Assembly (NCBI RefSeq): GCF_049671045.1
Contig: NZ_JBATUH010000017.1
Span: 414-64,413 of the forward strand
Reading direction: 5' to 3'
Length of the DNA: 64,000 bases
Origin: Parvibaculum sp.
GTDB lineage: Bacteria > Pseudomonadota > Alphaproteobacteria > Parvibaculales > Parvibaculaceae
Below, piece after piece: positions 57,194 to 64,000 of the stretch. Position numbers and translations under genes: made by a program. Below the pieces are notes generated by a model, which was not told the origin of the DNA, did not search any database, and was given only the letters and a program-made list of their open reading frames with translations. Within the stretch, counting starts at the first letter, position 1. Each line of letters opens with the position of its first letter.

Positions 57194-58585
57194 ATGGCGG
57201 ATGCTTTCGACCTCGTCGTGATCGGCGCGGGCCCTGGCGGCTATGAATGCGCGATTCGCGCGGCGCAGCTCGGCATGAAAGTCGCCTGCGTCGAGAAGCG
57301 CGACAAGCTCGGCGGCACCTGCCTCAATATCGGCTGCATTCCGTCGAAGGCATTGCTCCACGCCTCGGAACTCTTCGCGGAGGCGGGCCATGCCTTCGCG
57401 GATATGGGCATCAAGGTCGGCACGCCGACCATCGACCTGAAGAAGCTTCTCGGCTTCAAGGACGAGGCCGTCGACGGCAACACCAAGGGCATCGAGTTCC
57501 TCTTCAAGAAGAACAAGATCGAGTGGGTGAAGGGCGAAGGCGTCATCAAGGCGCCGGGCAGGGTTCAGGTCGGCGAGCGCGTGCTCGAAACGAAGAACAT
57601 CGTCATCGCGACGGGTTCGGACGTTGCCAGGCTGCCGGGAATCGAGATCGACGAGAAGCAGGTCGTTTCCTCGACCGGCGCGCTTGCGCTCGGCCAGGTG
57701 CCGGCGCGGCTTCTCGTCATCGGCGGCGGCGTCATCGGGCTCGAACTCGGTTCCGTCTGGGGCCGTCTCGGTTCCAAGGTCACCGTCGTCGAATATCTCG
57801 ACGCGATCCTTCCGGGCATGGATGGCGAGGTCGCCAAGAATTTCCAGCGTATCCTCAAGAAGCAGGGCTTCGACTTCAAGCTCGGCTCCAAGGTGACGAA
57901 GGTCGAGAAGACGAAGGCGGGTCTCAAGGTTTCCGTCGAGCCCGCGCAGGGCGGCGCGGCGCAGATCATCGAGGCGGATGTGGTGCTCGTCGCCGTCGGC
58001 CGCGTTGCCTATACGCAGGGGCTCGGGCTCGAGAATGCGGGCGTCGCGACGGACAAGCGCGGCCGCATCGAGGTCGACGCGCATCTCAAGACCAATGTCG
58101 ACGGTATCTACGCCATCGGTGACGTGATCGCGGGGCCGATGCTCGCGCACAAGGCGATGGAAGAGGGCGTGATGGTCGCTGAACGCCTCGGCGGCGTCGC
58201 CGGTCACGTCAATTATGATGTCATTCCGGGCGTCGTCTACACCTCGCCCGAGGTCGCGGCGGTCGGCAAGACCGAGGAGCAGCTCAAGGCCGAGGGCGTC
58301 GAATATAATTCCGGCAAGTTCCCCTTCACGGCCAATGGCCGCGCGAAGTCGAACAAGCAGACGGACGGCTTCGTCAAGATTCTCGCCGACAAGAAGACCG
58401 ACCGGGTGCTTGGTGTCCATATCATCGGCGTCAATGCGGGCGAGATGATCGCGGAAGCCTGCATCGCGATGGAATTCGGCGCCTCATCGGAGGACATCGC
58501 GCGCACCTGCCACGCGCATCCGACGCTTTCGGAGGCGGTGAAGGAAGCGGCTCTCGCGGTGACGGGCGCTCCCATCCATATGTGA
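57194..58585 (+). CDS. lpdA: Dihydrolipoyl dehydrogenase (E3)
   Basis: VIGAGPGGY, redox-active [14 protein letters not shown]-terminal HAHPTLSE. Confidence 0.95.
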   Translation: MADAFDLVVIGAGPGGYECAIRAAQLGMKVACVEKRDKLGGTCLNIGCIPSKALLHASELFAEAGHAFADMGIKVGTPTIDLKKLLGFKDEAVDGNTKGIEFLFKKNKIEWVKGEGVIKAPGRVQVGERVLETKNIVIATGSDVARLPGIEIDEKQVVSSTGALALGQVPARLLVIGGGVIGLELGSVWGRLGSKVTVVEYLDAILPGMDGEVAKNFQRILKKQGFDFKLGSKVTKVEKTKAGLKVSVEPAQGGAAQIIEADVVLVAVGRVAYTQGLGLENAGVATDKRGRIEVDAHLKTNVDGIYAIGDVIAGPMLAHKAMEEGVMVAERLGGVAGHVNYDVIPGVVYTSPEVAAVGKTEEQLKAEGVEYNSGKFPFTANGRAKSNKQTDGFVKILADKKTDRVLGVHIIGVNAGEMIAEACIAMEFGASSEDIARTCHAHPTLSEAVKEAALAVTGAPIHM

Positions 58586-58588
58586 GGT

Positions 58589-59563
58589 TCAGCGCCGCGA
58601 GCGCGGATGGGCCTTGTCATAGATGTCGAGCAGGCGCTGGCTCTCGACCTCCGTATACATCTGCGTCGTCGACAGGCTCGCATGGCCGAGCAGTTCCTGG
58701 ATCGCGCGCAGATCGCCGCCGCCAGCGAGCAGATGCGTGGCGAAGCTGTGGCGCAGCGCATGCGGCGTCACCGTATCGGCAAGGCCGAGCCTCTGGCGCA
58801 GGCGAATGACGGTGGCCCTGACCATACGCTGATCGAGCCTTCGTCCGCGCGCGCCGACGAAGAGTGGGTCGTCCGGCCCGAGGCCGAAAGGGCAGAGCCG
58901 CAGATAATCGTCGACCGCCTGGCGCGCCACGGGCAGCACGGGCACGATCCGCTCCTTGCCGCCCTTGCCGACGACGCGCAGCGTGGCGGGCAGGGGCGCC
59001 GAGCGCCGGTCGATCGACAGCGCCTCTGCAATGCGAAGGCCGCAGCCGTAAAGAAGCGTCAGAATGGCCGCGTCCCGGGCGGCGATCCATGGTTCGATGC
59101 GCTCGTCCGCCGCCTCGTCGATGAGGTCGAGGGCGGCTTCGGGCGATAGCGGCTTCGGGATGGCGTGGGGAAGTTTCGGCGAGCGCAGGGCGGTGAGCGC
59201 CGCATTGGCGATGACGCCGCCGCGATCGAGGAAGCGGAAGAAGGAACGGATGCTCGAAAGCGCGCGGGCGAGGCTTCTGCTCTGAAGGCCCTCATTGCGC
59301 CGCCGCGTCAGAAAGGCGCGGAAATCGCGCAGTTCGAGCGCGCCGAGCGCTTCCAGATCGGCCGCATGGCCCAGATGATCGACGAGAAAGTCGAAGAAGC
59401 GCGCCACGTCGCGGTGGTAGTTGACGAGCGTTGCGGGGCTTGCGCGCCTCTCGGCCATCAGATGCGAATACCAGGCGCGCAAATGCGGATGCACATCCTC
59501 CGCCGCGGCAATGGCGGCGGCGGCCTGGTCGGGCGTCAGAGTGCCGGGGGCAGGTCGAGCCAT
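58589..59563 (-). CDS. xerC: Tyrosine recombinase XerC
   Basis: R..HxxR..Y catalytic pattern (ARGRRL..., HALRHSFATHLL, LGHASLSTTQMYT). It follows a DUF484 (yigA-like) gene, as in the E. coli dapF-yigA-xerC arrangement. XerD cannot be fully excluded. Confidence 0.8.
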   Translation of the reverse strand: MARPAPGTLTPDQAAAAIAAAEDVHPHLRAWYSHLMAERRASPATLVNYHRDVARFFDFLVDHLGHAADLEALGALELRDFRAFLTRRRNEGLQSRSLARALSSIRSFFRFLDRGGVIANAALTALRSPKLPHAIPKPLSPEAALDLIDEAADERIEPWIAARDAAILTLLYGCGLRIAEALSIDRRSAPLPATLRVVGKGGKERIVPVLPVARQAVDDYLRLCPFGLGPDDPLFVGARGRRLDQRMVRATVIRLRQRLGLADTVTPHALRHSFATHLLAGGGDLRAIQELLGHASLSTTQMYTEVESQRLLDIYDKAHPRSRR

Positions 59564-60285
59564 CGGCGCACGCAGCGTTCGACGATGCGGGCAAGGAATT
59601 CGAGAAGATCGGCGGCCTGCTCGGGGTGGAACTGTTCCGGTGAACGGCCGCCCAGCGCGAGAAGGCCGGCCGGCGCGCCGCTCGCGAAATCGAGCCGCAC
59701 CAGCGCTTCGGACTGCACCTCCTCGGCGAGATGATTGTAGAGGCCGCGGCTGCCATGCACATTGGCGACGAGGCGATAGGAGACATCGCCTCCCATCATG
59801 CGGGCGACGCCGCCCGGCTCCAGCACACGCACGCTGCGGACGCCGATGCCGGAAACGCCGTTCGATGTTTCAATGCAAAGGGCGGCGGCGCGGACGTCGA
59901 TCGCGCGGGCAAGACCATCGGGCGCGGTGATGTATTCGATGAGGTGCTCGAAATTGCGCGCATCGAGAAGCGCGCAGGCGGCATTGTGGACCTGTTCGCG
60001 GGCGAGGCTGTTCAGCGACGACGCCTCGATCAGTTCGGACTGGATGTCGCGCAGCGTGCGGACCTGCTTCTGCAGCTTGCCGATGATGAATTGCTGCATA
60101 TCGACGACATTATGCCCGTTGTCCTGCGCGGGGATGATGGCCGAGATGAGATCGGGGTCGTCGGTAACGAATTCGGGATGCGCCAAGAGAAACGCCTTCA
60201 CCTCGTCGGGTGAGACGCTCGGCACGGATTCCATAATCCGTTCGACTTCCGTCCGGTCGTTGTAGTGGCTCATGGCGTCGATCAC
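59536..60285 (-). CDS. DUF484 (YigA-like) family protein
   Basis: N-terminal VKAFLLAHPEFV, GAF-like remainder, positioned directly upstream of xerC. Confidence 0.75.
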   Translation of the reverse strand: MIDAMSHYNDRTEVERIMESVPSVSPDEVKAFLLAHPEFVTDDPDLISAIIPAQDNGHNVVDMQQFIIGKLQKQVRTLRDIQSELIEASSLNSLAREQVHNAACALLDARNFEHLIEYITAPDGLARAIDVRAAALCIETSNGVSGIGVRSVRVLEPGGVARMMGGDVSYRLVANVHGSRGLYNHLAEEVQSEALVRLDFASGAPAGLLALGGRSPEQFHPEQAADLLEFLARIVERCVRRWLDLPPAL

Positions 60286-60296
60286 CCGGGAGGTTG

Positions 60297-60950
60297 TCAG
60301 AGAATTTTCTGGCCGGTCTTCTTCCAGTCGGCGAGGAAGAGTTCGAGGCCCTTGTCGGTGAGAGGGTGGTTTGCAAGTCCGCGCAGGACGCCCGGCGGCA
60401 CGGTCGCCACATCGGCGCCCACCAGCGCTGCTTCCTTCACATGATTTGCGCTGCGGATCGAGGCGGCGAGAATCTCGGTCGGGAAGTCATAATTGTCGTA
60501 GATGGTTCGGATATCGTGAATGAGTTCCATGCCATCGAGATTGATGTCGTCGAGGCGGCCGATGAAGGGCGAGATGAAGCTCGCGCCCGCCTTGGCGGCG
60601 AGGAGCGCCTGGTTCGCCGAGAAGCAGAGGGTGACGTTCACCATCGTGCCTTCGCCGGCGAGTGCCTTGCAGGCCCTGAGGCCGTCCCAGGTGAGCGGCA
60701 CCTTGACGGCGATGTTCTTTGCGATCTTCGCGAGTTTGCGGCCTTCCTCGATCATCGCCACCGAATCGAGCGCGGTGACTTCCGCGCTGACGGGGCCGGC
60801 GACGACGCTGCAAATCTCCTCGATGACCTCGATGAAATTGCGGCCGGTCTTGGCCACCAGAGAGGGGTTCGTGGTTACGCCATCGACGAGACCCGTCGCG
60901 GCGAGATCCCTGATTTCTGCGATATCCGCGGTGTCGACAAAGAATTTCAT
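60297..60950 (-). CDS. fsa: Fructose-6-phosphate aldolase / short transaldolase (type 3B)
   Basis: Internal ATG at 60950 ([16 protein letters not shown]...GVTTNPSL...KVPLTWDGL...SPFIGRLDD), 217 aa. The listed ORF extends to 61085. Confidence 0.9.
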   Translation of the reverse strand: MKFFVDTADIAEIRDLAATGLVDGVTTNPSLVAKTGRNFIEVIEEICSVVAGPVSAEVTALDSVAMIEEGRKLAKIAKNIAVKVPLTWDGLRACKALAGEGTMVNVTLCFSANQALLAAKAGASFISPFIGRLDDINLDGMELIHDIRTIYDNYDFPTEILAASIRSANHVKEAALVGADVATVPPGVLRGLANHPLTDKGLELFLADWKKTGQKIL

Positions 60951-60958
60951 GTGGCCTT

Positions 60959-61005
60959 GTCTTCTGGTCGGGGGGGTCTTCTGGTCGGGGGTCTTCTGAT
61001 CGGGC
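60959..61005. repeat. Tandem repeat x3 (17/15/15 bp) directly upstream of the fsa start codon
   Basis: GTCTTCTGGTCGGGGGG / GTCTTCTGGTCGGGG / GTCTTCTGATCGGGC on the plus strand. It ends 8 nt from the fsa ATG. Confidence 0.7.
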
Positions 61006-61161
61006 TTCGACGTCCGTATGACAGTCCGTTCGGGGGCGCGGCGCAACTTTTCTTTTCTTTTGCCGCGCCGGGCCCTGCGGTGCAAGGCCTGACGTTCCGC
61101 TTGCTTTATCAGGTGTTACATTATCGTCTCGTCTTGGAATTTCTCTTCAGCCCGGCTCAGA

Positions 61162-63339
61162 ATGCCCATCGACCCATCGCCGCGAAGCGTCAGCGTTCTC
61201 ATTCCGCTCGCCCTGCCAGCACCTTACGACTATGAGGTTCCTGCCGGGTTAATCGCGGAAGAGGGAGCCTATGTGATCGTGCCGCTTGGCGCGCAGCAGA
61301 TGCTCGGCGTGGTCTGGGGTCCCGGCACGGGCGAGGTGGACGCGAAGCGGCTCAAACCCGTTCTCGAGGTTCTCGACGCCCCGCCCATGCCCGCCGCCTT
61401 GCGCCGCTTCGTCGACTGGATCGCGGCCTATACGCTCAATCCGCGCGGCTCGGTGCTGAGGCTCGCCCTGCGCGCGCCCGGCGCGCTCGAGCCCCAGCGC
61501 ATGCGGACGGCCTACAGGCTTGCCGATGCGAGGCCCGCGCGCATGACGCCCGCGCGGCTTCGCGTCGTCGAAAGGGCGAGCGACGGGTTTGCTCGGACCG
61601 CGCGCGAGCTTGCGGAGGAGGCGGGCGTCTCCGATGGCGTGGTGCGCGGTCTCATCGAAGCCGCGTCGCTCCTGCCCGTCGATCTGCCCACCGAGGCGCC
61701 CTTTCCCGAGCCCGATATCGGCGCGAGGGAAAAGGCGCTTTCGCCGGAGCAGTCGGCCGCGGCTTCCGTCCTGCGGGCGCGCGTCGAAGCGGGGCGCTTT
61801 GCCACCCTGCTCCTTGACGGGGTGACGGGATCGGGCAAGACGGAAGTCTATTTCGAGGCGGTGGCCGAAGCGCTCGCGCGGGGAAAGCAGGCGCTCATCC
61901 TGCTGCCGGAGATCGCGCTCACGAGCCAGTTTCTCGACCGTTTCGAGGCGCGTTTCGGCTGCAAGCCGGCCGAATGGCATTCCGAGCTTTCGCAGCGCGA
62001 GCGCCGCCGCGTCTGGCGCGGCGTCGCGGAGGGGCGCGCGCGGGTGGTGGTCGGCGCGCGCTCGGCGCTTTTCCTGCCGTTCAGCGATCTCGGCCTCATC
62101 GTCGTCGACGAGGAGCACGAGGCCGCCTTCAAGCAGGAGGAGGGCGTCATCTATCATGCGCGCGACATGGCGGTGGTGCGCGCCTCGCTCGGGGATTTTC
62201 CGATCGTGCTGAGTTCGGCGACGCCCTCGCTCGAGACGGTGGTGAATGCGCAGCTCGGGCGCTATGAGCGCGTGGTGCTGCCCGAGCGTCACGGCACGGC
62301 GGAGCTTCCTGAGATCGCCGCCATCGACATGCGCGAGGAGCCGCCCGAGCGCGGGCGCTGGCTCTCGCCGCGTCTTGTCAGCGAGATAGTCGAGGCGCTC
62401 GGCCGTGGCGAACAGGCGATGCTGTTTCTCAACCGTCGCGGCTATGCGCCGCTGACGCTCTGCCGCACATGCGGCCACCGCATCGAATGTCCGCAATGCT
62501 CGTCCTGGCTCGTCGAGCATCGCTTCCGGCGCGAACTCGTCTGCCATCATTGCGGCTATACGGCGCCGGTGCCGAAAGCGTGCCCGTCCTGCGGCGCGGA
62601 GGAGGCGCTCGTCGCCTGCGGACCGGGGGTCGAGCGCATCGCGGAAGAAATCGCGGAGCGTTTTCCCGAGGCGCGAATCGCCGTCCTGTCGAGCGATAAT
62701 CTTCGAGGGCCGCAATCACATGAGGAAGTCTTCCGCGCGATCGAGGCGCGGGAGATCGATATCATCGTCGGTACACAGATCGTCGCGAAGGGGCATCATT
62801 TCCCCTGGCTCACGCTTGTGGGCGTCGTCGATGCCGATCTGGGGCTCGAGAATGGCGATCTTCGCGCGGCCGAGCGCACCTTTCAGCTCCTGCAGCAGGT
62901 GGCGGGGCGAGCGGGCCGGGCCGAGCGGCGGGGGCGCGTCTTCCTCCAGACCTATATGCCGGAGCATGGCGTGATGCGGGCGCTCGTCTCGGGCGACCGC
63001 GACCGGTTCCTCGACCGCGAGGCGGCCGCGCGCGAGCGGCTGGGGCATCCGCCTTTCGGCCGGCTCGTCGGCGTCGTGCTGTCCTCGGAAAATGCCGCTC
63101 AGGCGCAGAAATTCGCGCGCGAAATGGCCCGCGCCGCTCCGCAGGCCGAAGGCGTCAGCGTGCTCGGCCCCGCGCCGGCGCCGCTCGCGATGCTCAGGGG
63201 GCGGACAAGGCTGCGCTTCCTCGTCAAGTCGGCGCGGAACATCAATGTGCAGGCCTATATGCAGGCCTGGCTCTCCGCGCTCAAGGTGCCGGGCTCGGTG
63301 CGCATCGCGGTCGATGTCGATCCCTACAGCTTTCTCTAA
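61162..63339 (+). CDS. priA: Primosomal protein N' (replication restart helicase PriA)
   Basis: Walker A GVTGSGKTE, DEEH box, and zinc-binding Cys cluster CRTCGHRIECPQCSSWLV...CHHCGY...CPSCG. Confidence 0.95.
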   Translation: MPIDPSPRSVSVLIPLALPAPYDYEVPAGLIAEEGAYVIVPLGAQQMLGVVWGPGTGEVDAKRLKPVLEVLDAPPMPAALRRFVDWIAAYTLNPRGSVLRLALRAPGALEPQRMRTAYRLADARPARMTPARLRVVERASDGFARTARELAEEAGVSDGVVRGLIEAASLLPVDLPTEAPFPEPDIGAREKALSPEQSAAASVLRARVEAGRFATLLLDGVTGSGKTEVYFEAVAEALARGKQALILLPEIALTSQFLDRFEARFGCKPAEWHSELSQRERRRVWRGVAEGRARVVVGARSALFLPFSDLGLIVVDEEHEAAFKQEEGVIYHARDMAVVRASLGDFPIVLSSATPSLETVVNAQLGRYERVVLPERHGTAELPEIAAIDMREEPPERGRWLSPRLVSEIVEALGRGEQAMLFLNRRGYAPLTLCRTCGHRIECPQCSSWLVEHRFRRELVCHHCGYTAPVPKACPSCGAEEALVACGPGVERIAEEIAERFPEARIAVLSSDNLRGPQSHEEVFRAIEAREIDIIVGTQIVAKGHHFPWLTLVGVVDADLGLENGDLRAAERTFQLLQQVAGRAGRAERRGRVFLQTYMPEHGVMRALVSGDRDRFLDREAAARERLGHPPFGRLVGVVLSSENAAQAQKFAREMARAAPQAEGVSVLGPAPAPLAMLRGRTRLRFLVKSARNINVQAYMQAWLSALKVPGSVRIAVDVDPYSFL

Positions 63340-63451
63340 GGCATTCGGCCTCGCCTTGCGCGGGGCGAACCCAGGGGTTCCGGGCGCAGCATTTCATTAA
63401 ACATTCGGTCTTATGGTTTGCGAATGGTAAACGCGATCTCGTGAGGCTCAC

Positions 63452-64000
63452 ATGAAATGCGCCGTCATCACTCCCATCGGTCCGGGACATGAGGAGGCCT
63501 ACAGGGTCTGCCGCAATTCGATCGAGGCGGCCTGGAATTACGGGCACGGTCCTTTCGATGCGCTTGAGATTATTCCAATGTGGGATCTTGAGGGAAAATA
63601 CGGGCGCTCGGCGCGGCGCAATTCGGGCATCAGCGAGGCCATGGCGCTCGGTTGCGACTGGCTTTTTTTCCTCGATGCCGACGACCTCATGAACATGGGC
63701 GCATTTGCGGCCTTCGCCAAATATTGCGATCGGCATGACGCGGTCTGGGGCAACATTTGCGAGAATGTCTTCGGTTCGGACCAGATCGGGCTGCGCGAGA
63801 ATCAGCTCGTCGCGACCGAGCGTATGGAAGACATTCTCGTCACCCCTCCTTATCTGACCCTGCAGATGGGGCACTTCGTCCGGGCGGAGTGCGCTTCGGC
63901 CATCGGCTTTGACACGACGATGGATACCGGGGAGGACTTCAAGTACTACCTCGGCCTTTGGAGCCGGTTCCGCTGTGCGAAGGTCGCCGAGGTGTTCTTC
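63452..64000 (+). CDS. Glycosyltransferase family 2-like protein, 5' part (runs off the window end)
   Basis: My own translation from ATG 63452 is open to base 64000: MKCAVITPIGPGHEEAY...GCDWLFFLDADDLM (DxD motif)...TGEDFKYYL. It is not in the ORF track because no stop lies within the window. GC is visibly lower than the backbone. Confidence 0.65.
   Translation, partial: MKCAVITPIGPGHEEAYRVCRNSIEAAWNYGHGPFDALEIIPMWDLEGKYGRSARRNSGISEAMALGCDWLFFLDADDLMNMGAFAAFAKYCDRHDAVWGNICENVFGSDQIGLRENQLVATERMEDILVTPPYLTLQMGHFVRAECASAIGFDTTMDTGEDFKYYLGLWSRFRCAKVAEVFF

Overview
High-GC (about 66-67%) chromosomal backbone, by gene content and synteny an alphaproteobacterium, probably Hyphomicrobiales/Rhizobiales. 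Calls rest on reading the six-frame translations; no searches were run. The window is dense with housekeeping operons. These are a GldA/F/G-like ABC-2 exporter plus DUF4340, acnA, ccmABCDG, and dapF-mtaB-ftsY-yciB. They continue with ffh, rpsP-rimM-trmD-rplS, leuC...leuD-leuB-asd, an mcl2-like/mch-like pair and sdhCDAB. The last block holds zapE, mdh-sucCDAB-lpdA, DUF484-xerC, fsa, priA and the 5' part of a GT2 glycosyltransferase. Many long ORFs in the track are antisense or out-of-frame high-GC artefacts. Several listed ORFs also start upstream of the real start; I chose internal starts using SD motifs and stop/start overlaps. No rRNA, tRNA or CRISPR was found, and I cannot demonstrate a defined novel multi-gene system. 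Four things deserve a second look. (1) AcnA is fused in frame to a ~183-aa Lys/Ala/Pro-rich histone-H1-like N-terminal extension built from 84-bp tandem repeats. (2) The leuC-leuD junction is split by ~1 kb. A perfect 123-bp duplication of the leuC 3' end brackets a ~50% GC insert carrying an orphan ORF. (3) Next to that insert, a DUF559 (Vsr-like) nuclease gene is flanked by ~38-bp inverted REP-like hairpin repeats. (4) A PadR-led operon of three methyltransferases, with an AT-rich operator-like region, lies between zapE and mdh. There is also a small lower-GC islet beside a truncated ABC-2 permease remnant.
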